Shown here: one piece after another, positions 48,551-59,205 of the stretch
Layout of the letters: each line of letters opens with the position of its first letter
How positions within the stretch are numbered: position 1 is the first letter of the stretch
From: a virus
Lineage: Duplodnaviria > Caudoviricetes
IMG/VR virus record: IMGVR_UViG_3300014059_000006
Coordinates: 32,001 to 96,000 of that record
DNA length: 64,000 bases
Direction: 5' to 3' (one strand)
Translations under genes and position numbers: made by a program
The notes under the pieces: generated by a model
What the model was told of the DNA's origin: nothing
The model's database searches: none
Seen by the model: the letters and a program-made list of their open reading frames with translations, nothing else

Positions 48551-51500
48551 ATGAATACTTGCGAAAGAAAAGTGGTGTCCACTGATGAAACTGGTTTTAG
48601 TTATGAAGAAACTATAGCTCAGTATGAAGAAAGAAAACGCCTTTTAGTAGAAGCTAATAAAGAAACAACATTACAAAACAATATTGACAGTATTCGTCAA
48701 GATAATGTAAAGGACACTATATTAACTACAATATTTGATAACATCACTAAAATATCTTCTAAAGGATTAAAGGACGAAAGTGTACGTAAACTTGCCGAAT
48801 CAAATGAAGATTTTCAAGATACAATAGAAATGTTACGTAAATCCAACCTTAACATTAAAAATAAGGTAATTAACAAGGCACGTTTCTTATTTAATACGGC
48901 AACCACTTATACAAAAGTGGGGGAATATTATGAAAAAAGAATAAATGAAATCCTATCTTTAGTAGATAATGGACAAATGGAAGGTTCAATTGCTTTTGAA
49001 GAAATGAGTCAAATGGCTTCTTTTTATGAGAGTATGTCAAAATTAGCAAATACAATTGAAAAAGATTTGTTAGCGTTGGGGTTATCTCCTGAAGAACCTA
49101 TTTTTTCAGAGTTCAAACGTGTAGACACAATAAATGAAAATATAAACATTAAACGAAGAAACTTTAACGTTAAATACTATATAGGAGATTTGTTTAGTAA
49201 TATTGACGAAAACAATGTAGAAGAACGATTTAAAGATTATACTAAGAGTATAAAGTTCCAGTTGGAACGTGCTGAAAAAAAAGGACGTAAATTAGAAGCA
49301 AATCGTCTTAAAGAATTATTATCTCGTTTACAAACTATTAAACCATCGAAAGAAAATTTAGAAGCGGTGTTTAAAGGAGAAAGAGATGATATGAATAAAT
49401 TAGATTTTTGGTTTAATGCTCTCCTTAGAAGTTCTGATACTGTTGTATCTTCATTTCGTCTTAAACTGACAAACTTGGTAGCTAAAGTAAAAGCCAACAG
49501 TGTTATGAAGGCTCCAGCATTTACGAAAGCTTTTGAAGACTATGTAGGAGAAACAGGCGAAACAAGAACCAATTTAAAAAATCTTTACAAAGGTGTTTAT
49601 ACACAATATAAAACATACAAATACAATTTTGCCACTAAAGAAATAGAGGCTACAGATGCAGTGCGTTTAAATGTATGGTGGGATGAATCTGCATATTCTC
49701 TTGCTGTAGCAACATGGCAAAAAGAAATAGAAGAATTTGAAGAAGGTTCAGAAGCAAAACAAAAGAAACGCAGAGAGTATTGGGATTGGCTTGCACAAAA
49801 TGTTCAACAAGCCTATACTGATGAAGTTACAGAGGCGTATGATGGAATGAGTGAGGAAGCAAAAGAAGTTCTTCAAAATGCTAATGAAGAAGTGAGTTTT
49901 GCACGTATGACTCTTGACGAATATTATACAATAGAAAACGAAGCTGCATACGATAGAGCAATTCATATACAAAAAAATCTACGTTATGAAAATGATATCG
50001 ATGGAAATAAAAAAGGACCAAAAGAATTAAAAATAGCTAAAGAAATAAATGAGTTTTATTTAAAACGTAAAGAATTTTACATTCCTATTTCAGAAGATGA
50101 ATTAGAAGAGGCTACCAAAGAGGCACAAAGAAAAAAAGATAAAGATTTCTCTAAATTAGAAATCTTAATTAGTAAGATGCAACAACGTGGAGATTCTCAA
50201 GAAAAAATAAATAGTGTTACAAAACTATGGAAAAAGAAAAATGAAAGACGAGTTGTAGATAAATCTTATACAGAACGTGTACAAGCAATTAACGACCGTC
50301 TGTCAGAAATACAAAAAGAATTCTTTAACCCTGGCGAAAAGGAAACTATAAATGAATTATGGGATAAAATAAGAAACACTGTAAGAAAATACAGAGATGA
50401 TAATGGAAAAATACAAGGAGAATATTTAACCGAAGGTGAAATAAATAATATTGTCGCATGGAGACAAGAAATTGATTCTCTAAAAATGGAAGCCGTTGGT
50501 GTAAGTGGTATGTCCATAAACGATAAACGTAATTTCACTTCATTAATCGATAGATACAGTATTCCTAAATTTAACAAAGAAACTGATAAATACTATGCCA
50601 ATTATATTTCAAAGGTGGTTGATTTAATTAAAGCTAAGGGAACTGTTGAAGAAGCTAGATTTGCAGAGTATTATAAAAAAGAACATCAGAAAGCAAACGA
50701 AAATAAAAAGAATGCCAATCTGTCTATGACAGAAGAAGAAATTGCATATTACAAAACTCTCAAAGAAGAAAGAAATAGTTTATATGCGGAATTAGAAACA
50801 TTACAGAGTAAAGAAACCACAGAGAATTATGCAAATGAATATCAACGTCAATTAGATTTATTTATTGCAAGAGAACGTGAAAAAACCGGAGCAACCGGTA
50901 TACTAACAGAAGAAATAAAATCTTTTTATAATACACAATTTAAAGAACTTTCTCCTTGGTACAAAACAAACCACACTAAAGTACAGAAGTTCAATAAAGA
51001 AAGTATGAGATGGCAAGAAGTTGTTGAACCTATTTATATATGGCAAGAAATCCTACCTCGTGATAAGGCTATGATAAAAACATTTCCTGCGTATCATTAC
51101 TATGAACGTAAATTCAAACCTGAATATGTAAACGATAAACAAGAAATGAATCCGTTTGATAATGAAAAAGCATTACCAAAACGAGGAGGAATATTCGATA
51201 AAAAAGACGAGTTTTTTAAAAAAGAAAACGAAAACAAACCTAAACAAAAACTTTGGAAATTCTATTTTGACACATACGTAGAAGCTCAAAAAGATATAGA
51301 ATCTAGTTTACGTCCTGGTACAAGACTTCCTGCATTCGAAAAAGAAGGGATAGATAGAATAACAGAAAAAGGATTTAGTCATATATGGGAGGGAATAAAA
51401 AGACAATTTGGTAGAACAGAATTAGATACAGACGAAGGGATAGGATTAAAAGAAAATGATTTTAAAAAAATGTTCAATGTTATTCCTGTATTACATATGG

Positions 51501-53164
51501 GAAATGTAGACATAGAAAACTTTAACTTTGACCTATTGGGAGGACTACAAAAATTTGTACATAGTGTAGATATGAGAAAAGAATTTGTTAATGTTCTTTC
51601 TTATTCTAAAGGATTGATGGAGGCATTGGGAGAAGATGAAACGACATTGGCTAATCAAGAACGTGGTCTCTTTGCACAATTTAATTTATTTAATTCTTCT
51701 AAAGCACTTAACGTTAACAAAAATATACGTTTAGATGCAATTGTAGAAACTATTAAAACTGTTCTATTTAATGAATATAAAAAAGAAGAACGTATGGGTG
51801 CGTTAGATATTCAAAAATGGGTGGGAAACATGAACAAGTTTTCAGCAATAAACACTCTTACATGGAATATACCGAGTGCTATGGTGAATATGTTATCAGG
51901 TAGAACACAAATAATGATAGAATCTATGGCAGGTAGACTTTTTAATTACCAAGATTATCTAAAAGGACAAGTGGAATATTCTAAAAGAATGTCTACATAT
52001 ATAAATGATGGTATGAAATTAGATTTTGGTAGATTCTCTCCTGAAAGTAAAATGTTATTGACATGGGGAGTTATGGCAGGGGGATTTGAAGAAAAATTAG
52101 GAAAAGGATTTTCAAAAACTAAACTAAAGAATTTAGTTGGTTCGGGTTTTTATGGTTCTTATTTACGTGAATCTACAGAACATCATGTCCAAGTAACAGT
52201 TTGGTTGACAGCATTGAAAAAGAAACACGTAGATGTGAACGGTAAAACCATGTCTTTGTTAGACCTTTATGAGAAATTAGCAAAAGAATATGATATTTAT
52301 AGAATAGAAGATTTATATGCTAAACCCGAAATAGCCAAAAAATTTGTTATAACAAAAATTAAAGAAGGAACTCCTTGGGACCAGAAAAATGAAGATAGAC
52401 TTAGAAATAATATCCAAGGTGTAAATGCCGATTTATTTGGAGAATTTGATAAAATTAATAAAGCGGTGTTTGAAAAAACAGCATTAGGAACTGCAACTTA
52501 TTTCTTTAGGAGACATGCTATTAGAATGATATCTAATCGTTTGTCTGGAGCTTACACACCACGATACAATATTACAACAGGAAGACTTAGTCAAGGATTT
52601 TATATAACAGCATGGCATCAAATAATTAAACCTTTGTTTACATTACGATTTGATGTTATTTCCACCACTATAAGGGAAGCTGCTACTGAAGCAAGGGATT
52701 TGTCAGAAGAAGAAGTACAAAATATAAGAAGAGCTTTTGCCGAACTTTCTGCAATTTTAATATTAGCATTATTGATAATGGCATTGGGTGGAGATGATGA
52801 TGAAGATATGAAAGACAAATCTTTTATGACATTGTATATGTTATATTTTTCAAAGAAAGTAAAGTCTGAAACAGAACAATTTGTTCCCATCCCATTCTTA
52901 GGATTTAATGAAATTATAAACACAGCTAAAAATCCGTCAATAGGTTTTAGTCAATTGGCAAGTTATAACAGAATATTTAATGATGTTCGTTATATTATGA
53001 CCGGTGATGAAAAAGCTGAAATGAGAGCTGATAGGGGATTTTGGGAAAAAGGTGATTCTAAACTTTTAAGAGATGCTTTAAAATTAACAACAGGGTTCAC
53101 AGGTAATACTTGGCACCCTGAAGTACTTAACACAAGTTTTGATTATGCTCAAAACCCACGATAA
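48551..53164 (+). CDS. Large cargo/ejection protein with C-terminal transmembrane-like helix, 1537 aa
   Basis: Helical; hydrophobic AFAELSAILILALLIMALGG segment; single Cys at residue 4. Confidence 0.65.
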   Translation: MNTCERKVVSTDETGFSYEETIAQYEERKRLLVEANKETTLQNNIDSIRQDNVKDTILTTIFDNITKISSKGLKDESVRKLAESNEDFQDTIEMLRKSNLNIKNKVINKARFLFNTATTYTKVGEYYEKRINEILSLVDNGQMEGSIAFEEMSQMASFYESMSKLANTIEKDLLALGLSPEEPIFSEFKRVDTINENINIKRRNFNVKYYIGDLFSNIDENNVEERFKDYTKSIKFQLERAEKKGRKLEANRLKELLSRLQTIKPSKENLEAVFKGERDDMNKLDFWFNALLRSSDTVVSSFRLKLTNLVAKVKANSVMKAPAFTKAFEDYVGETGETRTNLKNLYKGVYTQYKTYKYNFATKEIEATDAVRLNVWWDESAYSLAVATWQKEIEEFEEGSEAKQKKRREYWDWLAQNVQQAYTDEVTEAYDGMSEEAKEVLQNANEEVSFARMTLDEYYTIENEAAYDRAIHIQKNLRYENDIDGNKKGPKELKIAKEINEFYLKRKEFYIPISEDELEEATKEAQRKKDKDFSKLEILISKMQQRGDSQEKINSVTKLWKKKNERRVVDKSYTERVQAINDRLSEIQKEFFNPGEKETINELWDKIRNTVRKYRDDNGKIQGEYLTEGEINNIVAWRQEIDSLKMEAVGVSGMSINDKRNFTSLIDRYSIPKFNKETDKYYANYISKVVDLIKAKGTVEEARFAEYYKKEHQKANENKKNANLSMTEEEIAYYKTLKEERNSLYAELETLQSKETTENYANEYQRQLDLFIAREREKTGATGILTEEIKSFYNTQFKELSPWYKTNHTKVQKFNKESMRWQEVVEPIYIWQEILPRDKAMIKTFPAYHYYERKFKPEYVNDKQEMNPFDNEKALPKRGGIFDKKDEFFKKENENKPKQKLWKFYFDTYVEAQKDIESSLRPGTRLPAFEKEGIDRITEKGFSHIWEGIKRQFGRTELDTDEGIGLKENDFKKMFNVIPVLHMGNVDIENFNFDLLGGLQKFVHSVDMRKEFVNVLSYSKGLMEALGEDETTLANQERGLFAQFNLFNSSKALNVNKNIRLDAIVETIKTVLFNEYKKEERMGALDIQKWVGNMNKFSAINTLTWNIPSAMVNMLSGRTQIMIESMAGRLFNYQDYLKGQVEYSKRMSTYINDGMKLDFGRFSPESKMLLTWGVMAGGFEEKLGKGFSKTKLKNLVGSGFYGSYLRESTEHHVQVTVWLTALKKKHVDVNGKTMSLLDLYEKLAKEYDIYRIEDLYAKPEIAKKFVITKIKEGTPWDQKNEDRLRNNIQGVNADLFGEFDKINKAVFEKTALGTATYFFRRHAIRMISNRLSGAYTPRYNITTGRLSQGFYITAWHQIIKPLFTLRFDVISTTIREAATEARDLSEEEVQNIRRAFAELSAILILALLIMALGGDDDEDMKDKSFMTLYMLYFSKKVKSETEQFVPIPFLGFNEIINTAKNPSIGFSQLASYNRIFNDVRYIMTGDEKAEMRADRGFWEKGDSKLLRDALKLTTGFTGNTWHPEVLNTSFDYAQNPR

Positions 53165-53168
53165 GTAA

Positions 53169-53200
53169 TTAGGAAAAGAACAAAAAATTGTTTATCTTAT
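53169..53200 (+). promoter_or_regulatory. Putative phage promoter TTAG-N20-TATCTTAT
   Basis: Copy of the five-member motif upstream of the ATG at 53221. Confidence 0.45.
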
Positions 53201-53220
53201 AGATGTAATCTCCAAGATAA

Positions 53221-53874
53221 ATGAATCTATACAAATATACACCATATGCAATAGCGTTACTTTTGTTAACGCTATTGGTGCTTTTATTCGGGTCCACTGC
53301 TAATTTAAGAAAACAAGTGGATTCTTTACAAACAGAAAAAGACCTAATTAATCAACAGTTTAAATCAGAAAAAAATAAGAATGGTGAACTTATTACATTA
53401 CAAGATATAATTGTAACAAACGATAAAAAAATTATGGATTCATTGGTGCAAGAAATAAATTGGGGAAAACAAAAAATTAAAAACCCCAAGACAATAATAA
53501 AAGAAACATTAGTGACAAAAATTGATTCTCTTTATGTTCCCTTCACTGATACACTTATAACTATTGTAGGGGCAAAATATGAATTTAAAGATTCCACTCC
53601 CTTTTATAATCTCTCAGGAACGGTGGAATCAAAAGGAATTAAATTTAATACCATTTCATTTATAAATGAAAATACATACGTAATAAACAAAAAAAGATAT
53701 AATGTATTTTATACTAAACCTGTTTTATACGTAAACACCAAAAATCCATACACAACCGTTACTGGATTAAAATCTATAACGTTAGAAAAACAACCTAATA
53801 AACTATTAAAATTTTTAACAGTATCTGCCTCTTTTGCTTTAGGAGCTTACGTCGGTATACAAATTTCAAAATAA
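53221..53874 (+). CDS. Membrane-anchored coiled-coil protein, possibly spanin-like lysis accessory
   Basis: N-terminal TM helix (AIALLLLTLLVLLFG), coiled coil, second hydrophobic helix at the C-terminus. Confidence 0.45.
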   Translation: MNLYKYTPYAIALLLLTLLVLLFGSTANLRKQVDSLQTEKDLINQQFKSEKNKNGELITLQDIIVTNDKKIMDSLVQEINWGKQKIKNPKTIIKETLVTKIDSLYVPFTDTLITIVGAKYEFKDSTPFYNLSGTVESKGIKFNTISFINENTYVINKKRYNVFYTKPVLYVNTKNPYTTVTGLKSITLEKQPNKLLKFLTVSASFALGAYVGIQISK

Positions 53875-53877
53875 AAA

Positions 53878-56800
53878 ATGTCAACAAACTTTAACTCTAT
53901 ACGTAATCAAATCATTTCTTTATTTGGAAAAGAATGGGGAGCTAATTTAATTACAATTCTTGAAAACTATTGTTCAGACCCTTTTGATGGATGTAGTGGA
54001 ATTCGCGATTGTGAAACATTAACATCAATATCGTTTGAAGATGGGACACTTACGTTCGTCGATGAACATGGTGACGAAACTGTATTAGAAATAACAGGTA
54101 CTTCAGGACTTTCGGGATTTTCAGGAGCAAACGGTTCGTTAGGTGTTTCTGGTATTTCGGGGTTTTCTGGGTTTTCAGGATTCAGTGGAGCATCCGGTAC
54201 ATACGGAAGGTCGGGATTTTCGGGTGCCTCTGGTACATCGGGATTCTCAGGAACATCTGGTTTAAATGGTTTTGGGACTTCAGGATTTTCAGGAACATCT
54301 GGTAAATCAGGATTTTCCGGAACTTCTGGACTTTCTGGTTTTTCAGGAACAGGAGTTTCTGGGGTTTCTGGATATTCCGGAATTTCAGGAATAAACGGAA
54401 GTTCTGGAGTGAGTGGGTATTCAGGAATTTCAGGATTCTCTGGAACTTCAGGATTTAGTGGAATAGGAATCTCAGGGTATTCGGGTGTGTCTGGAATAGG
54501 AACATCAGGGTTTTCGGGGGTCTCTGGGTTTTCAGGTGTTTCTGGTTTCTCAGGATTTTCAGGATTCAGTGGAGTGTCGGGATTTTCGGGAGTTAGTGGA
54601 TTTAGTGGAGAAGGTTCTTCAGGTATATCTGGTATATCAGGATTTTCAGGGACCTCTGGATATTCAGGAAAATCTGGATTTTCAGGTTCTAATGGAGACC
54701 GATATGCAACTTTTTCAACAACATCAAATTCTCCAGCAAATGGAAGTAAATCTTTTACTGTTGAAACAGGACTGGCTTGGACAGCAGGACAGAGTATAAA
54801 AGTAGTGAGGACATCTGCACCATCTACAGAATATATGATTGGTAACGTTACCTCATATAATAGTGGAACAGGGGCTATGGTTATAAATGTAACTTCTTCA
54901 GCTACAGCAGGAGGAGGTCCTTTTACAGATTGGACTTTAAACCTTGATGGAACTGCGGGGGTAGCGGGTGCTTCTGGAACTTCGGGTTTTTCAGGGTTAG
55001 ACGGAACTAGTGGAGTAAGCGGGTTTTCTGGAAAGTCTGGATTTAGTGGGACAAGTGGTTTTTCTGGTACATCGGGATTTTCAGGTACGAGTGGAACTTC
55101 AGGGTTCTCAGGAGTATCCGGATTTTCAGGAATAAGTGGAAAATCAGGATTTTCAGGATTCTCAGGAACGTCTGGGTTTTCAGGTACATCTGGTTTTTCT
55201 GGATTCTCAGGAGTTAGTGGAATAGGTACATCAGGATTTAGCGGGACTTCTGGATTTTCTGGAACGTCTGGATTCAGTGGCACTAGTGGAGCAGTAGGGG
55301 CTACAGGTTTTACAGGAACTTCTGGATTTTCTGGATTTTCAGGAAAAAGTGGATATTCCGGATTAGATGGACAAAGTGGTCATTCAGGAACATCAGGATT
55401 TAGTGGTATAGGAACATCGGGATTCAGTGGTGTATCTGGATTTAGTGGAATAAGCGGATTCTCAGGGACATCTGGATTCTCTGGGACATCGGGATATAGT
55501 GGAACTTCCGGTTTTTCTGGAGCAAGTGGGACTTCGGGATTTTCAGGGACTTCTGGATTCTCGGGAACTTCTGGATTCTCTGGGACATCGGGAACATCTG
55601 GGATAGGTACATCGGGATTTTCGGGAACAAGCGGATTCTCCGGAACTTCGGGATATAGTGGTACTTCTGGAATTTCAGGAATTTCTGGATTTTCAGGGGT
55701 GAATGGCGACTTATATGCTACATCATCATCGTCTTCAAATTCAATAGGTACGGGTTCTAAAAGTTTCACAGTATCTACAGGATTAGCTTGGACTGCGGGA
55801 CAGAGTATTCGTGTAGTAGATACTGCTGCACCAACTACAAATTATTTAATAGGTACGGTTACTTCTTATAATTCTGGGACTGGTGCAATGGTTATAAATG
55901 TAACCACTACAGGAGGGTCTGGTACATATACATCTTGGAATCTAAACTTAGATGGTACTGTAGGGGTTGCGGGAGCATCAGGTGTTTCCGGTTTTAGTGG
56001 AGTGAGTGGATTTTCAGGAATTTCTGGGTATTCGGGTACATCAGGATTTAGTGGGGTTTCCGGTTTCAGTGGTACATCAGGTTTTTCAGGAACTTCAGGG
56101 TTTAGTGGAACATCTGGTTTTAGTGGTACGTCAGGATACAGTGGATTCTCAGGAACATCTGGGTATAGTGGAACTAATGGTGCAACAGGTAGTTCAGGAA
56201 CTTCAGGATTTTCTGGGGTTTCTGGATTCAGTGGTGTATCAGGATTCTCCGGTACATCTGGGTTTTCGGGAGTTTCAGGATTTAGTGGAATAAGTGGATA
56301 TTCCGGGGCTATAGGTATATCAGGTGCGTCTGGTTTTTCAGGTGCAACTGGGGCAGCAGGAACTTCGGGGTTCTCAGGAGTTTCGGGATATAGTGGATTC
56401 AGTGGGTTTAGTGGTGTATCTGGGTTTTCTGGAACAAGTGGATACTCAGGAACAAATGGACTTTCTGGAACTTCAGGGTTCAGTGGTACTAGTGGTTTTA
56501 GTGGTACATCAGGAGCAACCGGTTTCTCAGGAAGGTCTGGAACTTCTGGTTTTTCAGGTACAAGTGGAACCTCTGGATTTTCAGGAGTTAGTGGTTTTAG
56601 TGGTACATCAGGGACTAGTGGATTTAGTGGAACAAGTGGATTTTCTGGAACATCTGGGTATTCAGGGACATCCGGGTTTAGTGGATATTCAGGTTTTAGT
56701 GGAATATCTGGATTTTCGGGTGCTAATGGAGATTTATATGCAACATCTTCTTCTACGTCTAACACAATAGGAACAGGGAGTAAATCATTTACCGTAGACC

Positions 56801-59205
56801 CGGGATTAGCATGGACAGCAGGACAATCGATACGAATTGTAGACACTGCGGCACCTTCTACTAATTACATGATAGGTGTTGTTACATCGTATAACCCCGG
56901 AACAGGAGCGATGGTAATAAATGTTACATCGTCTGCTGGTTCAGGAACATTTACCTCATGGGATTTAAATTTAGACGGTACTCCGGGTATAACAGGAGAT
57001 AGTGGTTTTTCTGGATATTCCGGTAAGAGTGGATATAGTGGAGTTAGTGGATTCAGTGGAACCTCTGGATTTTCTGGAACTTCAGGAACAAGTGGGTTTA
57101 GTGGAACGTCGGGATTCAGTGGAGTTAGTGGTACTTCCGGTTTCAGTGGTGTAAGCGGATTCTCTGGAACTTCAGGATTTAGTGGAATAGGTACTAGTGG
57201 ATTTAGTGGGACTTCTGGGTTCTCTGGAACATCTGGATTCTCCGGAACATCTGGATATAGTGGGGTTTCAGGCTTCTCAGGAACTTCAGGAACTTCGGGA
57301 TTCTCGGGATATTCTGGCGTTAGTGGATTTTCTGGAACAAGTGGTACAAGCGGTTTTCCCGGAACAACAGGAACTTCTGGGTTTTCCGGAGTAAGTGGGT
57401 TTAGTGGATTAGATGGTACATCTGGATACAGTGGAGTTTCCGGTTTTTCAGGAACATCTGGATTCAGTGGTGTTAGTGGTATAGGAATTAGTGGATTCTC
57501 AGGAACTTCGGGATATTCTGGAACTTCGGGATTTTCTGGTACATCAGGTTTTTCGGGAACTTCTGGTTTCTCAGGAGTTAGTGGATATTCCGGAACTTCT
57601 GGCTTTAGTGGAACTAGTGGAACTAGTGGGATAGGTACAAGTGGATTCTCAGGAACGTCTGGATTTAGTGGAACTTCTGGAACATCCGGAGTAAATGGAG
57701 ATAGATATGCTACATCTTCGGGGTCTACCAATTCTATAGGAACAGGTTCTAAAACATTTATAGTCGCTACTGGTTTGGCTTGGACTGCCGGTCAAACTAT
57801 AAAAGCAGTTGATTCTGCAAATCCAACTGTAAATTATTTAATTGGAACTGTTACTTCATATGTTACAGGTACAGGTAATATGGTTATAAATGTTACAAGT
57901 ACTGGTGGAAGTGGTTCTTATTCTTCATGGAATTTAAATCTTGATGGTACAGTTGGTGTTGCCGGTGCTTCTGGTGTTAGCGGGTACTCAGGAACGAGTG
58001 GGTTCTCGGGAACGAGTGGATTTAGCGGATTTAGTGGTACAAGTGGATATAGTGGGGTGAGTGGATTTAGCGGAGTAAGTGGTTTTAGTGGAGTGAATGG
58101 AGCAAGTGGTGTAAGTGGATTTTCCGGAGTGAGTGGATTTAGTGGAGCATCAGGAACATCTGGATTTAGTGGTATAGGAACATCGGGATTCAGTGGTGTA
58201 TCTGGGTTTAGTGGAACAAGCGGATTCTCTGGAGCATCCGGTTTTAGTGGATTTAGTGGAATTTCAGGATACAGTGGTACGTCAGGATTTAGTGGTACGT
58301 CAGGGTTCTCAGGAACAAGTGGTGTTAACGGAACATCTGGATTCTCAGGATTCTCTGGTGTTTCTGGATATAGTGGGTCTTCGGGTTTTTCGGGTGTGTC
58401 TGGATTCAGTGGAACAAGCGGATTTTCAGGATTTAGTGGAGTAAGTGGATTCTCTGGTGTAAACGGAACTTCAGGATTTTCAGGAACAAGTGGATTTAGT
58501 GGTGTTAGTGGATTTTCAGGTACTTCCGGTTATAGTGGATTTAGTGGATTTAGCGGAACAAGTGGGATAAGTGGATTAAGTGGGGCAGCTCCTTCGATTC
58601 CAAAATCTACTATTGCCACTGTATTTGAAGATTCACAACGTTTTACTGTAGCTGCTACGGGTACAACTAATTTCTCAACAGGTTTGGGATTATTTATGGA
58701 CACTAATGTTTCAATTTCTGAAAATATTGTTACAACTCAAGCCTCAGGTAATAAAAATTGTTATTTAGGTAGCCCTACATTTACAACATCATTGGATTTT
58801 TATTCGGGAACAACCAATACACAAATTTATTTAGGTATGGGAGAAATAGGTGTTACAGGAATAGGTGGACATGTATTTACTGATTCACATATAGGATTTA
58901 AGATTGTAGATAATGCAGGTAGTCATACATTATATGCTACACAAGCAAATGGTACAACTGAAACATCTTCTATTTTAACTACATTGTCAACAGGAGATTT
59001 TTTAGATTTATATTTTGTAATGAATGCTTCATTAAATGTTAAATATTATTATAGAATTAATGGAGGAAATATAAGTTCAGCTACAACTTTGACAACAAAT
59101 ATTCCTTCTGTTGCAGAAAATAAATGGTTTGTTGCATCGAATAGTAGTGCTAGTGCTACAGGAGCCTCTATTGTTTATATTAATCATGCTTCGTACTCAA
59201 GATAA
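53878..59205 (+). CDS. Giant (Ser-Gly-X)n repeat fibre protein with four repeated globular domains and a C-terminal beta domain, 1775 aa
   Basis: Five tracts of SG(F/T/V/Y/I) triplets separated by four ~85-aa repeats (GD(R/L)YAT...GSK-x-F-x-V-x-x-GLAWTAGQ...LNLDGT). Confidence 0.8.
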   Translation: MSTNFNSIRNQIISLFGKEWGANLITILENYCSDPFDGCSGIRDCETLTSISFEDGTLTFVDEHGDETVLEITGTSGLSGFSGANGSLGVSGISGFSGFSGFSGASGTYGRSGFSGASGTSGFSGTSGLNGFGTSGFSGTSGKSGFSGTSGLSGFSGTGVSGVSGYSGISGINGSSGVSGYSGISGFSGTSGFSGIGISGYSGVSGIGTSGFSGVSGFSGVSGFSGFSGFSGVSGFSGVSGFSGEGSSGISGISGFSGTSGYSGKSGFSGSNGDRYATFSTTSNSPANGSKSFTVETGLAWTAGQSIKVVRTSAPSTEYMIGNVTSYNSGTGAMVINVTSSATAGGGPFTDWTLNLDGTAGVAGASGTSGFSGLDGTSGVSGFSGKSGFSGTSGFSGTSGFSGTSGTSGFSGVSGFSGISGKSGFSGFSGTSGFSGTSGFSGFSGVSGIGTSGFSGTSGFSGTSGFSGTSGAVGATGFTGTSGFSGFSGKSGYSGLDGQSGHSGTSGFSGIGTSGFSGVSGFSGISGFSGTSGFSGTSGYSGTSGFSGASGTSGFSGTSGFSGTSGFSGTSGTSGIGTSGFSGTSGFSGTSGYSGTSGISGISGFSGVNGDLYATSSSSSNSIGTGSKSFTVSTGLAWTAGQSIRVVDTAAPTTNYLIGTVTSYNSGTGAMVINVTTTGGSGTYTSWNLNLDGTVGVAGASGVSGFSGVSGFSGISGYSGTSGFSGVSGFSGTSGFSGTSGFSGTSGFSGTSGYSGFSGTSGYSGTNGATGSSGTSGFSGVSGFSGVSGFSGTSGFSGVSGFSGISGYSGAIGISGASGFSGATGAAGTSGFSGVSGYSGFSGFSGVSGFSGTSGYSGTNGLSGTSGFSGTSGFSGTSGATGFSGRSGTSGFSGTSGTSGFSGVSGFSGTSGTSGFSGTSGFSGTSGYSGTSGFSGYSGFSGISGFSGANGDLYATSSSTSNTIGTGSKSFTVDPGLAWTAGQSIRIVDTAAPSTNYMIGVVTSYNPGTGAMVINVTSSAGSGTFTSWDLNLDGTPGITGDSGFSGYSGKSGYSGVSGFSGTSGFSGTSGTSGFSGTSGFSGVSGTSGFSGVSGFSGTSGFSGIGTSGFSGTSGFSGTSGFSGTSGYSGVSGFSGTSGTSGFSGYSGVSGFSGTSGTSGFPGTTGTSGFSGVSGFSGLDGTSGYSGVSGFSGTSGFSGVSGIGISGFSGTSGYSGTSGFSGTSGFSGTSGFSGVSGYSGTSGFSGTSGTSGIGTSGFSGTSGFSGTSGTSGVNGDRYATSSGSTNSIGTGSKTFIVATGLAWTAGQTIKAVDSANPTVNYLIGTVTSYVTGTGNMVINVTSTGGSGSYSSWNLNLDGTVGVAGASGVSGYSGTSGFSGTSGFSGFSGTSGYSGVSGFSGVSGFSGVNGASGVSGFSGVSGFSGASGTSGFSGIGTSGFSGVSGFSGTSGFSGASGFSGFSGISGYSGTSGFSGTSGFSGTSGVNGTSGFSGFSGVSGYSGSSGFSGVSGFSGTSGFSGFSGVSGFSGVNGTSGFSGTSGFSGVSGFSGTSGYSGFSGFSGTSGISGLSGAAPSIPKSTIATVFEDSQRFTVAATGTTNFSTGLGLFMDTNVSISENIVTTQASGNKNCYLGSPTFTTSLDFYSGTTNTQIYLGMGEIGVTGIGGHVFTDSHIGFKIVDNAGSHTLYATQANGTTETSSILTTLSTGDFLDLYFVMNASLNVKYYYRINGGNISSATTLTTNIPSVAENKWFVASNSSASATGASIVYINHASYSR
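54097..58584 (+). repeat. Degenerate 9-nt-period coding repeat (Ser-Gly-X) with four dispersed ~255-nt domain repeats
   Basis: Domain repeats start at about 54691, 55702, 56725 and 57694; synonymous codons are scrambled (TCA/TCT/TCG/TCC/AGT/AGC; GGA/GGT/GGG). Confidence 0.9.

Noticed and set aside
53967-57731. Long Pro/Glu-rich minus-strand ORFs (PENPEV repeats) and short alternate-frame plus-strand ORFs
   Set aside because: They are the antisense or shifted shadow of the Ser-Gly-X codon repeat; no independent start signals or coding logic
53878-59205. Classical collagen or bacterial ice-nucleation protein
   Set aside because: Repeats lack the Pro and charged residues typical of collagen-like phage fibres and do not match the AGYGSTxT ice-nucleation octapeptide
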